A stretch of 64,000 nucleotides of DNA. Source: Rickettsiales bacterium (GTDB lineage: Bacteria; Pseudomonadota; Alphaproteobacteria; Rickettsiales; RI-342). The position numbers and the translations under genes were made by a program. The notes beneath the pieces are model-generated. The model was not told the DNA's origin. It ran no database searches and saw only the letters and a list, made by a program, of their open reading frames with translations. This document shows positions 1 to 9,079 of this stretch, piece by piece; the first letter of the stretch is position 1, and each line of letters opens with the position of its first letter. The DNA is taken from NCBI GenBank assembly GCA_044368015.1, contig JBIPLF010000004.1:246-64245 (forward strand), in the 5' to 3' direction.

Positions 1-47
1 TGCCCCCCGGCCCGCATGAAACCGGGCGCGAAGTGTAAGATACAACG

Positions 48-1562
48 ATGACCCCTCCCCTCGTGCTCTGCATCCTGGATGGCTGGGGCTGCTCGCATGG
101 CGGCCCGCATGACGCAATTGCGCTGGCTCACACTCCGCATCTGGACCGTCTGATGGCGACCTGCCCCCATGCGCGGCTCGCCACCTCTGGTCTGGCGGTG
201 GGGCTGCCGGAAGGGCAAATGGGCAATTCCGAAGTGGGACATATGACGATCGGCAGTGGCCGGGTGGTGATGCAGGAACTCCCCAAAATCGACTGCGCCA
301 TAGCGGATGGCTCGCTGGAACGCCTGCTTGCACCGCATCTGGCGCAAATTCCCGCAGGCAACACGCTGCATCTGCTGGGGCTACTCTCTCCCGGTGGGGT
401 GCATGCGCATCAGGATCACCTGCTGGCCGTGGCGCGCATCGCCGCCGCTCATGGCGTGCGGGTGGCGATTCATGGCTGGACGGATGGCCGCGACACGCCG
501 CCACAATCAGCGCTTAGTTATGTCACCGCGTTTGATCGGGCCATCGCCGCACTCCCCGGCGTGCGGTTGGCAACCCTCAGCGGGCGTTACTACGCGATGG
601 ATCGTGATAACCGCTGGGATCGGGTGGAAAAAGCCTGCCGCGCCATGGTGTTGGCTGAAGGCCCCCGCGCCGCCTCGGCGGAGGCCGCTATTGCGGATGC
701 CTATGCCGCAAACCTCACCGATGAATTCATCCCCCCCGTAGTGCTTGGCGAGTATGTGGGGATCGCCCCCGGTGACGGGCTGATGATCGCCAATTTCCGT
801 GCCGACCGGGTGCGGCAGATCGGGCAGGCGCTTTGCGATCCTGCGTTCGATGCCTTTCCCCGCACGCCTTTGCAATGGAGTTGTGCGCTCAGCATGACCG
901 ACTATTCCGAAGCGCATCGGGCGTGGTTTACCCCCCTCTTCCCGCCGGAATCCCTCACCGGATTGCTGGGCGAAGCGATTGCGGGGGCAGGGTTGCGTCA
1001 GCTCCGCATTGCCGAAACGGAGAAATACGCGCATGTGACCTTCTTCTTCAATGGCGGGCGCGAGGCGGTGTTTCCGGGAGAAGAGCGGATTATGGTCCCC
1101 TCCCCGCGCATCGCCACCTACGATCTGCAACCGGAAATGTCGGCGGAAAGCGTCACCGATCGCCTGATCGAGGTGCTGGAGCGCAAAGCCACCGATGTGG
1201 TGATCGTCAATTACGCCAATGCCGATATGGTAGGGCATACGGGTGACCTCGCCGCCGCCATACAGGCGATTGAAGCGGTGGATCGCTGCATCGGTAGGCT
1301 ATGCGCGGCTGTCGATGCGGCTGGAGGGGTGCTGCTCATCACCGCCGACCACGGCAATGCCGAAACCATGTGGGACGAGGCGGAACGCTGCCCGCACACG
1401 GCGCACACCACCGGGCCAGTGCCATTGATCGCGGCGGGAAAACTCCCCGCAGGCTGCCGACTACACGATGGGGGCCTTTCGGATATCGCCCCCACGATGC
1501 TGCATCTGCTCGGCATCCCCGTTCCCGAGGAGATGACGGGGCGTGTGTTGTGGGAAGTGTAA
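48..1562 (+). CDS. gpmI: 2,3-bisphosphoglycerate-independent phosphoglycerate mutase
   Basis: 504-aa ORF. LCILDGWG N-terminus, NSEVGHMTIGSGR site and ADHGNAE near the C-terminus are iPGM hallmarks. Confidence 0.95.
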   Translation: MTPPLVLCILDGWGCSHGGPHDAIALAHTPHLDRLMATCPHARLATSGLAVGLPEGQMGNSEVGHMTIGSGRVVMQELPKIDCAIADGSLERLLAPHLAQIPAGNTLHLLGLLSPGGVHAHQDHLLAVARIAAAHGVRVAIHGWTDGRDTPPQSALSYVTAFDRAIAALPGVRLATLSGRYYAMDRDNRWDRVEKACRAMVLAEGPRAASAEAAIADAYAANLTDEFIPPVVLGEYVGIAPGDGLMIANFRADRVRQIGQALCDPAFDAFPRTPLQWSCALSMTDYSEAHRAWFTPLFPPESLTGLLGEAIAGAGLRQLRIAETEKYAHVTFFFNGGREAVFPGEERIMVPSPRIATYDLQPEMSAESVTDRLIEVLERKATDVVIVNYANADMVGHTGDLAAAIQAIEAVDRCIGRLCAAVDAAGGVLLITADHGNAETMWDEAERCPHTAHTTGPVPLIAAGKLPAGCRLHDGGLSDIAPTMLHLLGIPVPEEMTGRVLWEV

Positions 1563-2905
1563 TGCAGCATCATGTAACACCCCCTCCCTATCCCTCCCCC
1601 GCCTTGCGGGAGAGGGGACCGGATGCAGCTTCGCGCCCTACAACCAACGTTGCTTGGATGAGAGGTCTTTCCTCCGGTCCCCTCTCCCGCTTTAGCGGGG
1701 GAGGTTGGAGGCAGTGCCTCCAAGGGAGGGGGTGGCTCCTTAGAAAGGGGACTCTGTTCTGTTGGATACTCACCCTCCCCCTCGCCTCCCTTGCCGCCGA
1801 CCCCAAAGACCAACTGGAAGCGGTGCAGGAAGCGATTGAGGACGCCAAAGAAGCCCGCGAAAAACACGCCGAGGAACGCGCCAAACAGCAGGAGATGCTG
1901 GAAGCGCTGCAACATACCGCCGTGGAAAGCGCGGCACAGCTCCGGTTGCTGGAAGCCGAAATGGCCCATACCGACAGCGCCTATGCGGAATCGGTACGCG
2001 AGACCGAACGCGCCGAGGAAGCGCTGGGGATGCAACGCAAAGAGCTGGAGGCGCTCGCCACCGCCATGCTGAAATTTGCGCGCACCCCGCCGGAAGTCGT
2101 GCTCGCCATGCCGGGAGAATCCGATACCGCCATCCGTGCGGCGGCCGTACTGGATACGCTGGTGGAGGAACTCCACACCCAAAGCGACGATCTGCACGAT
2201 AAACTCGCCGAACTCGCCGTCCGCAGGCAGGAGCAATCCCGCGTGAAGGAAAAGGTGGAAGAAGAGGTGGCGGAGTTGAAAAAACAACAGGAACGCCTCT
2301 CCGAAGATTTGAACAAACGTCAGGCCCTGTTCCGTTCTCTCAATGAGGAACTCGCCACTCAGGAGGCAAAGCTCGCCAAGCTCTCGGCGCAATCTACCTC
2401 GCTGATGGATCTGATCGCCAATCTGGAGAAGGAACGGGAAGCAGCCGAGAAAGCGGAAGCCGCACGTCCCTCCCCTCCCAAAGCCGGACGCCGCCTGCCA
2501 CTCACAAGCGAAGCCTTTCTGGATCGCAAGGGCAAATTGCTACTGCCGGTTTCCGGGAAAAAACTCACCGGTTTTGGCGCTACGGATAGCAGTGGCCGCA
2601 CCAGCAAAGGCGTGTCCTTCCGCGTGCCGCGTAAAGGACGGGTGGTCGCGCCGTTTCAAGGGGAGGTGGTGTATACCGGCCCGTTCATGAGTTATGGCAA
2701 GATCGTGATTTTACGCCACAGTGATGCATATCATACACTGATCGCCGGGCTTGACCGGATTGAAGTCGCATCCGGACAGTTTGTGTTGGAGGGCGAGCCG
2801 CTTGGTGCTATGGGTGGAGGAGAATCCGGCTCTGCCGTCGCCTATCTGGAACTTCGGAAACACAGTAAACCGATGGATCCTTCCGGGTGGTTTGCAGGGC
2901 TTTAA
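1562..2905 (+). CDS. M23 peptidase / murein hydrolase activator, EnvC-like (coiled coil + LytM domain)
   Basis: Long Glu/Ala/Lys-rich coiled-coil region, then a C-terminal LytM/M23 core (GKIVILRHSDAYHTLIAGL...GEPLG). Signal-like LFCWILTLPLASLAA. Start is ambiguous: ATG 1562 overlaps the gpmI stop (TAATG), and the alternative ATG 1658 lies inside the palindromic element. Confidence 0.8.
   Translation: MQHHVTPPPYPSPALRERGPDAASRPTTNVAWMRGLSSGPLSRFSGGGWRQCLQGRGWLLRKGTLFCWILTLPLASLAADPKDQLEAVQEAIEDAKEAREKHAEERAKQQEMLEALQHTAVESAAQLRLLEAEMAHTDSAYAESVRETERAEEALGMQRKELEALATAMLKFARTPPEVVLAMPGESDTAIRAAAVLDTLVEELHTQSDDLHDKLAELAVRRQEQSRVKEKVEEEVAELKKQQERLSEDLNKRQALFRSLNEELATQEAKLAKLSAQSTSLMDLIANLEKEREAAEKAEAARPSPPKAGRRLPLTSEAFLDRKGKLLLPVSGKKLTGFGATDSSGRTSKGVSFRVPRKGRVVAPFQGEVVYTGPFMSYGKIVILRHSDAYHTLIAGLDRIEVASGQFVLEGEPLGAMGGGESGSAVAYLELRKHSKPMDPSGWFAGL
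1578..1734. repeat. GC-rich palindromic element, family A (CCCTCCC...GGGAGGG arms with CTCTCCC-N-GGGAGAG hairpins)
   Basis: Left arm cccctccctatccctcccccgccttgcgggagaggggaccgga and right arm tccggtcccctctcccgctttagcgggggagg...gggagggggtg are inverted copies. Near-identical arms recur at 49865-50003. Confidence 0.85.
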
Positions 2906-2929
2906 CGCAGCATCTTACCCGTGTATTGT

Positions 2930-4291
2930 ATGAAACGCACTCCGCTCCTCCTCTCGCTTCTGCTTCTTGGCGCTTCTCCTCTGGCGTTTGCCGCTCCGCA
3001 ATCCACTCCTGTTCCCAAGCAGGATATGGATACCTATCGCCTACTGGATCTCTTCGGCACCGTGTTTGAAGAGGTGAAGGGCGAATATGTGGAGGAAGTC
3101 ACCGATAAAAAACTGATCGAAGCCGCGCTCAACGGCATGTTGACCGAACTCGACCCGCATTCCAGCTACCTCACGGCAGATGCATTCGAGGAAATGCGCG
3201 TGCAAACCAAGGGTGAATTCGGCGGGCTGGGCATTGAAGTCACCATGGAAAACGGCCTCGTGCGCGTGGTATCCCCCATCGACGATACCCCCGCCTATAA
3301 TGCAGGGGTGCAGGCAGGCGATTACATCAGCCATATCGACGACGAACCGGTGATGGGACTCAACCTCTCCGATGCCGTCGAAAAAATGCGCGGCAAACCG
3401 GGCAGCACCATCAAGGTGACGATCCTACGCGAAGGCGCGAGCGAGCCGATCGACATCTCCATGCAGCGCGCGGTGATTACCATCAAAAGCATCCGCTCAC
3501 GCACCGAGGGCGATGTGGGGTATGTGCGCATTACCTCCTTCTCCGAACAAACCTATGACGGCATGAAAAAAGCCATTGAGGATGTGCGGAAGGAAATTGG
3601 CCCGGACATGAAAGGCATTGTGCTGGATCTGCGCAACAATCCCGGCGGCTTGCTGGATCAGGCGATTGCCGTGTCCGATGCCTTTCTGGAGCGTGGCGAG
3701 GTGGTCTCCACCCGTGGCCGCAGCCCGGAAAGCATCCGCCGTTACAATGCCAAACCGGGTGACCTGATCAATGGCTTGCCGGTGGTGGTTCTGGTGAATG
3801 GTGGTTCGGCCTCCGCATCGGAAATTGTCGCCGGAGCGTTGCAGGATCATCACCGCGCCATCGTGCTGGGTAGCAAGAGCTTCGGGAAAGGGTCCGTGCA
3901 AACCGTGATTCCGCTCGGCGAGTACGGCGCGATGCGCCTGACCACCGCCCGCTATTACACGCCTTCCGGTCGGTCGATTCAGGCGGAAGGGATCGTCCCG
4001 GATATTGATGTCGAACCCGCCAAAGTGGTGCCGGTGGAACAGGAAAACCGCAAGGAATCCGACCTGCGCGGCAGCCTCAAAAACACCGACAAGCTGCTGG
4101 AAAAAGCCGAGGAACTCCACGGCAAACCCGACCCGGCCAAAACCGATAAAGATAAAAAAGACGGGAAGGATAAATCCGACAGCAAAGCAGAGAAAGACGA
4201 TCTGAAATCGCAGGAGGACTACCAGCTGCAACGGGCGCTGGACCTCCTCCACGCCATTGATCTGTATGAGCGGTTGAGGAAACAGACATAG
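2930..4291 (+). CDS. ctpA: carboxyl-terminal processing protease (S41 family, PDZ domain)
   Basis: Signal peptide MKRTPLLLSLLLLGASPLAFA, PDZ segment, LDLRNNPGGLL and GSASASEI catalytic-region motifs. ATG 2930 preferred over GTG 2921. Confidence 0.9.
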   Translation: MKRTPLLLSLLLLGASPLAFAAPQSTPVPKQDMDTYRLLDLFGTVFEEVKGEYVEEVTDKKLIEAALNGMLTELDPHSSYLTADAFEEMRVQTKGEFGGLGIEVTMENGLVRVVSPIDDTPAYNAGVQAGDYISHIDDEPVMGLNLSDAVEKMRGKPGSTIKVTILREGASEPIDISMQRAVITIKSIRSRTEGDVGYVRITSFSEQTYDGMKKAIEDVRKEIGPDMKGIVLDLRNNPGGLLDQAIAVSDAFLERGEVVSTRGRSPESIRRYNAKPGDLINGLPVVVLVNGGSASASEIVAGALQDHHRAIVLGSKSFGKGSVQTVIPLGEYGAMRLTTARYYTPSGRSIQAEGIVPDIDVEPAKVVPVEQENRKESDLRGSLKNTDKLLEKAEELHGKPDPAKTDKDKKDGKDKSDSKAEKDDLKSQEDYQLQRALDLLHAIDLYERLRKQT

Positions 4292-4332
4292 GGAGGCCCT
4301 CGACTGCCTTTTTCTTCACCGGGAGGAAAGAA

Positions 4333-4460
4333 CCCTCTCCCTTTGGGAGAGGGCAGGGTGAGGGAAAATCTTACCCCCTCCCGGTCTCGCTGTCGCGACT
4401 CGGCGGGCTACGCTCGTCTCACGCGGCTCGCCTCCCTCCCCCGCTTCGCGGGAGAGGGGA
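4333..4460. repeat. GC-rich palindromic element, family A composite
   Basis: ccctctccctttgggagagggcagggtgaggg hairpin plus the module ccccctcccggtctcgctgtcgcg...ctacgctc...cctccctcccccgcttcgcgggagagggga. The second module recurs at 17191-17254. Confidence 0.8.
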
Positions 4461-4511
4461 AATTAGGGCGGCCATCTGTTGCGGTTTGTCTCATTACTCG
4501 GAGGGAATCCA

Positions 4512-5273
4512 ATGTGCAAAGGTATCAATTCCATGTCTAGACACACTCATCAATCCGGCTTCACCCTTGTGGAGCTTTCCATTGTTCTCGTGATCATCGG
4601 CCTGATTCTGGGTGGGGTGATGGTAGGCCGCAGCATGATCCGCTCGATGCAGGTCAACCGCGTGGCGTCCGACCTCGAGGCCTATGTGGCAGCCGCTCAG
4701 ATGTTCGTGGACAAATATCAGGGACTACCGGGGGACATCACCAACGCCACGACGTTTTGGGGAGCCACCGTAGCGAATGGGAATGGCAATGGGCAGTTGG
4801 ATGCTGCGGGCGCTGTGAGTACGGCTGGCGAGTTATTCGGTGCGTGGGAGCAGATGGCACTGGCCGGGCTGATTAAGGGTAAATATAGCGGACTTGCTGG
4901 GGCAGGAGGTGTGCAACATGCCGTGCCGGGCACCAATGCGCCGAAAGGTTCTCTCTCTGCAACGGTTTTTGCATGGCTGTACAGAGGAATGCAGTCTGCT
5001 AGTGGCAGTTATTATGATGGGTACCTTGGAAATACGATATGGTTTGGCACAGCAAATACGGCAGATGTCCCTTATACTGCTGCACTTACTCCCGGTGAAG
5101 CGTATGCTATCGACCTCAAGATAGATGATGGTGTGCCGGGTACAGGGAACCTACAAACACAATGGAATGTCAATACCTGCAACACCGGCACCGCGTCCAC
5201 TGGCCCTACCTCCACCTATCTTACCACCTCCACCGCTGTTACATGCTTCCTCATATTCAAAACCGGATTGTAA
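4512..5273 (+). CDS. prepilin-type N-terminal cleavage/methylation domain protein (type IV pilin / pseudopilin-like)
   Basis: Leader ending in Gly, then FTLVELSIVLVIIGLILGG (class III signal peptide). GGAGGG lies 7 nt upstream of ATG 4512; ATG 4533 is also possible. The 3' half is visibly AT-richer. No pil/gsp neighbours. Confidence 0.7.
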   Translation: MCKGINSMSRHTHQSGFTLVELSIVLVIIGLILGGVMVGRSMIRSMQVNRVASDLEAYVAAAQMFVDKYQGLPGDITNATTFWGATVANGNGNGQLDAAGAVSTAGELFGAWEQMALAGLIKGKYSGLAGAGGVQHAVPGTNAPKGSLSATVFAWLYRGMQSASGSYYDGYLGNTIWFGTANTADVPYTAALTPGEAYAIDLKIDDGVPGTGNLQTQWNVNTCNTGTASTGPTSTYLTTSTAVTCFLIFKTGL

Positions 5274-5285
5274 CTGCTCCTTCCT

Positions 5286-6491
5286 ATGCCTGTATCACTG
5301 AACCACCTCATTCCTCGCAATCTCCCGCTGATCCTATGGGGGGGGATGGTGCTGGCGCTGGCCAGTATTTCGCTGTTGCAGTTTCTCAAACTCTCCGACG
5401 TACGCAGCGAGGCACAAACGCTTGCGTTTGATCAGGGGCAGCGGCTGGAATTCAACCTCTCCACCGGTGAGGTGAAGGGATTGGTGGTCGCCACCACCAC
5501 CACGAAAGCGCCGGAACCCGCCAAGCCCGCCCCGGCCAAACCAGAGCATCACACGGAGGCCACGCCGCATACCGAACATGCGGAACCGGTGGCGGAAGCC
5601 CCCCCGGCCGCAGTGCAGGAGCCTCGCTATGAGCGCTACGCCCGCCCCTTTATGGGCACGGAAGGAAAACCCCGCATTGCGATTATCGTCAGCGGACTGG
5701 GACTCAGCAAACACACCACCTTGCTGGCGCTGACCCTACCGCAGGATGTCACGCTCAGTTTTTCCCCCTATGCCAGCAACCTCTCGGCCTGGATTCCGCA
5801 GGCGCGCACCGCCGGATATGAGATATTGGTGAATATCCCCTTGCAAACCGAGGGGTTTCCGCTGGACGATCCCGGCCCGCAAGCCATTCTGATGGATCAC
5901 GATACCGCACGGGTGGAAGAACGCCTCTCATGGGCAACCACGCAGGTGGCCGAAGCGGTGGGTTACCTCACCCCCGGCGACGAAGTGATTACGCAGGATG
6001 CCGGGGCGGCGAAACGTTTGCTGGAATCGGTACAGAAAGAGCAGGCGATGCTGATCGTCGGGCGTACCGAACAGCCACCGGAGGTCCGCGATCTGGTGGA
6101 GGATATGGGCGTGCACACCCTGCTTTCAGATGTGCGGCTCGACGACACTGCCTCTGCCAACGCCATCGACGCGGCGTTGCAATCGCTGGAAGCCACAGCC
6201 AAAGAGCGCGGATATGCGGTGGCGATCGCCCGCCCCTATCCGGTCACCATCGAACGCTTAAAACTCTGGCTTGCGCAACTCCCCTCGCGTGGCATAGAAC
6301 TGGCCCCAGTCAGTGCGCTTTCGATGAGTCCCGCCTCGCCAGAAGCACCCGCCAGCCCTCCTACTCCAGAGACACCGCATGTCCCAGAAGCCCCGCAATC
6401 TCCCGCCGTCCCCGCCGCGCCAGCCTCCCCTCACGCCTCCGAAGAAGCTGTACCGGCCGTGCGTGGGCATCATGCTGCTGAACACCCGTAA
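5286..6491 (+). CDS. divergent polysaccharide deacetylase family protein (YibQ-like) with N-terminal TM helix and Pro-rich linker and tail
   Basis: TM helix, Pro/Ala/Glu-rich linker, then a core with RIAIIVSGLGLS...LPQDVTLSFSPY resembling YibQ-type proteins. The Pro-rich C-terminal tail overlaps the rppH ORF. Confidence 0.7.
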   Translation: MPVSLNHLIPRNLPLILWGGMVLALASISLLQFLKLSDVRSEAQTLAFDQGQRLEFNLSTGEVKGLVVATTTTKAPEPAKPAPAKPEHHTEATPHTEHAEPVAEAPPAAVQEPRYERYARPFMGTEGKPRIAIIVSGLGLSKHTTLLALTLPQDVTLSFSPYASNLSAWIPQARTAGYEILVNIPLQTEGFPLDDPGPQAILMDHDTARVEERLSWATTQVAEAVGYLTPGDEVITQDAGAAKRLLESVQKEQAMLIVGRTEQPPEVRDLVEDMGVHTLLSDVRLDDTASANAIDAALQSLEATAKERGYAVAIARPYPVTIERLKLWLAQLPSRGIELAPVSALSMSPASPEAPASPPTPETPHVPEAPQSPAVPAAPASPHASEEAVPAVRGHHAAEHP

Positions 6492-6903
6492 CCAGATTTT
6501 CATTGCCCAGCGCCGCGATGCCTCCAGCCATGCCTGGCAGATGCCGCAGGGAGGGATCGACCATGGCGAAGAACCGCGTATGGCTGCACTCCGCGAGTTA
6601 AAAGAGGAAACCAGCATCACCGAGGTGGAAATTCTGGAAGAGCATCCGGAATGGCTCTCCTATGACCTGCCGAAAGACCTGCAACGCACCCTGTGGCGTG
6701 GGCGATTCGCCGGGCAGCGGCAACGCTGGTTTGCGCTGCGTCACCTAGGCACCGATTACGAGATTCAGATTGAGACCGCGCATCCGGAATTCCGCAACTG
6801 GCGCTGGGCGCATCCAGAGGAATTGCCGCCGCTGGCCGTGCCCTTCAAACGCGAGATTTACCGTCAGGTGGTAGAGGATTTCCGCCATTTGTGGCAAGGG
6901 TAG
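6379..6903 (+). CDS. rppH: RNA pyrophosphohydrolase (NUDIX)
   Basis: YRPCVGIMLLN start of the fold and Nudix box GGIDHGEEPRMAALRELKEETS. The 5' 113 nt overlap the preceding ORF, so the start is uncertain. Confidence 0.85.
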   Translation: MSQKPRNLPPSPPRQPPLTPPKKLYRPCVGIMLLNTRNQIFIAQRRDASSHAWQMPQGGIDHGEEPRMAALRELKEETSITEVEILEEHPEWLSYDLPKDLQRTLWRGRFAGQRQRWFALRHLGTDYEIQIETAHPEFRNWRWAHPEELPPLAVPFKREIYRQVVEDFRHLWQG

Positions 6904-6914
6904 CCACAGAAAGA

Positions 6915-8054
6915 CTACCGTTCCAAAAACCCGCGCACCACGCGGAAGAATTCCGGCTCTTCCAGCAAAAAGGCATCATGGCCTTTGGAGGTGGTGACTT
7001 CCACAAAACTTACCTCGGCGGCGACGGCGTTCAGCGCATGAACCACCGCCCGCGATTCGGAGGTGGGAAACAACCAATCGCTGGAGAAGGAAACCAGACA
7101 GGTGCGCGGTGTTTCCTTGGAAAAAACGCGGCTGAGCGCACCTTCGCCATGTTCGGCGGCGAGATCGAAATAATCCACTGCGCGGGTGATGTAGAGGTAA
7201 CTGTTGGGGTCAAAACGGCTGACAAACGCCGCTCCCTGATGCCGCAAATAGCTCTCCACCTGAAAATCGGCGTCAAATCCATAGGTAACGCTCTCGCGGT
7301 TCTGCAATTTACGTCCGAATTTATGATGCAACGCATGGTCAGACAGATAGGTGACATGGGCGGCCATCCGCGCCACCGCGAGTCCACGAGCAGGGAAGGA
7401 TTGCGTGTCATAATAATGCCCCTCCTGCCAGTCGGGATCGGCGAGGATCGCCTGCCGCCCGATCTCATGGAAGGCGATATTCTGCGCCGTATGCCGTGCG
7501 GCGGTGGCAATCGGCATGGCGGCGTTCAGCCGTTGCGGAAAACGCGCCATCCATTCCAACACCTGCATCCCCCCCATGGAGCCACCCATCACGCAGTGCA
7601 GTCGTTCAATCCCCAGATGATCCAGCAGCAACGCCTGCGCTTTTACCATATCGGCGATGGTCAGCACCGGACATTCCATGCCATAGGGTTTGCCGGTTTC
7701 GGCGTGCGGCGTTTTCGGTCCCCAGGATCCCATGCAGCCACCCAGCACATTGCTACAGATGACGAAATAACGGTCAGTATCGACGATTTTCCCCGGCCCC
7801 ACCAGCGATTCCCACCAGCCGGGCTTTCCCGTCACCGGATGGGTAGACGCCACATACTGATCGCCCGTGAGTGCGTGGCAGATGAGAATCGCGTTGGATT
7901 TAGCGGTGTTCAGCGTGCCATAAGCCTGATACGCCACCGGGATATTGTTTACCTCGGCCCCGCATTCCAGCTTCAGCGGCGAGGCAGTGGCAAGCAGGGC
8001 GATCTCCCCCACTTCGACATGGCGATAATCCGGCCCAAAGGGGAGTGTGACCAT
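6915..8054 (-). CDS. metX: homoserine O-acetyltransferase
   Basis: 379 aa, alpha/beta hydrolase with GGSMGGMQ nucleophile elbow. N-terminal LKLECGAEV...PVAYQAYG pattern is typical of MetX. Confidence 0.9.
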   Translation of the reverse strand: MVTLPFGPDYRHVEVGEIALLATASPLKLECGAEVNNIPVAYQAYGTLNTAKSNAILICHALTGDQYVASTHPVTGKPGWWESLVGPGKIVDTDRYFVICSNVLGGCMGSWGPKTPHAETGKPYGMECPVLTIADMVKAQALLLDHLGIERLHCVMGGSMGGMQVLEWMARFPQRLNAAMPIATAARHTAQNIAFHEIGRQAILADPDWQEGHYYDTQSFPARGLAVARMAAHVTYLSDHALHHKFGRKLQNRESVTYGFDADFQVESYLRHQGAAFVSRFDPNSYLYITRAVDYFDLAAEHGEGALSRVFSKETPRTCLVSFSSDWLFPTSESRAVVHALNAVAAEVSFVEVTTSKGHDAFLLEEPEFFRVVRGFLER

Positions 8055-8059
8055 CCCGC

Positions 8060-8527
8060 CTACTCCCAGCTTTCGGCTTCATAGGCGCCGAAAAACTCTC
8101 CCTTGCGAATCCAGCCGCGCACTTCCTGCACTTCGGCTCGGCACCAGCGCGGCAGGCAGCCGAGCAATACGCCTGTCACCCCGCGTTCCAACCGCACCAC
8201 GGGGGCGGCGTTTTCGTCGGCAAAACGGCGGAGCGTTGCCACATCCACCGAAACGCTTAAGGTGCGACGCCCCGTCAACAGCGCGTGATGCACCCAGCCG
8301 GTATCGCCTTCTGGGTCGCGCACGCGCCGCCACTCACCCAGCTCGTCGATGATCTCTACCGGCAACCCCGGCTTCTGATAGGTCCAGACGATGGGATACT
8401 GGTTGCCCGGCCCGGCCCGTAAATTCGCCTCCGCCGGGCGGATGCTGGCAAAACGCGGCAGCGGCAACGTCCCCGCCCACAGGATGGAAGGGAAAAGCAG
8501 CAGCAACAGTAACGGGATCAAACGCAT
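8060..8527 (-). CDS. SH3-like domain protein (DUF1058 type), secreted
   Basis: Signal peptide [18 protein letters not shown], then two SH3-like segments ([27 protein letters not shown]...[15 protein letters not shown]). Confidence 0.7.
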   Translation of the reverse strand: MRLIPLLLLLLFPSILWAGTLPLPRFASIRPAEANLRAGPGNQYPIVWTYQKPGLPVEIIDELGEWRRVRDPEGDTGWVHHALLTGRRTLSVSVDVATLRRFADENAAPVVRLERGVTGVLLGCLPRWCRAEVQEVRGWIRKGEFFGAYEAESWE

Positions 8528-8609
8528 GCAGGCATAAAACCGCAGCTTGCGCCTCGCGGCAATAGATTTCTGTTATACTTTCCCCGTGGGATGCGCTAAA
8601 GTGCATGGC

Positions 8610-8897
8610 ATGAAACGTTTCACCGTCCCCTGCGATTTCGGCGGCAAGGTTGCGCCCTTTCACATCTATATCGGCGAGCCAAACCCAAAGAATCACCCGT
8701 TGCAGCATCAGGCGCACTGGCTTTCCAAGGAGCGCGGCGGCACCATTCCGCAGGAAGTGATGGATAGTTTCGAGAAACTCCACAAAATCTCGCAGGAGCA
8801 TGGTGTGTCGTTTGAGGAACTCTGCGTCTACGCATTAGGCGCGGCGAAGGGCGCCCCCCCTCCCGGCGGTATCGATCCGTCCAAATTAAATGGCTAG
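8610..8897 (+). CDS. conserved hypothetical protein (resembles DUF2610 family)
   Basis: MKRFTVPCDFGGKVAPFHIYIGEP...HPLQHQAHWLSKERGGTIPQEVMDSFEKLHKI matches my recollection of this small proteobacterial family. ATG 8610 chosen over the upstream alternative start. Confidence 0.45.
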   Translation: MKRFTVPCDFGGKVAPFHIYIGEPNPKNHPLQHQAHWLSKERGGTIPQEVMDSFEKLHKISQEHGVSFEELCVYALGAAKGAPPPGGIDPSKLNG

Positions 8898-8920
8898 AAC
8901 GGTACGAAACGTTGTGTATC

Positions 8921-9008
8921 CGTCATTGCGAGGAGCGTAGTGACGAAGCAATCCAGCCTTCTTCATGTTTCTGGATTGCCGCGCTCCCTGCGGTCGCTCG
9001 CAATGACG
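8921..9008. repeat. palindromic element, family C (cgtcattgcgagg...agcaatcc / ggattgc...cgcaatgacg)
   Basis: Outer arms cgtcattgcgag / ctcgcaatgacg and inner arms gcaatccag / ctggattgc. A partial copy lies at 27107-27147. Confidence 0.8.
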
Positions 9009-9079
9009 TTCGTGGCAGGTAACCGCACAACGAAAACACGACAGCAACAGGTTACAGCCCATCATGATAGCGATAATGG

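Noticed and set aside
6891-8084. 397-aa plus-strand ORF opposite metX
   Set aside because: Same reasoning: metX on the minus strand has a clear alpha/beta hydrolase signature, and the antisense frame is low-complexity with no motifs.
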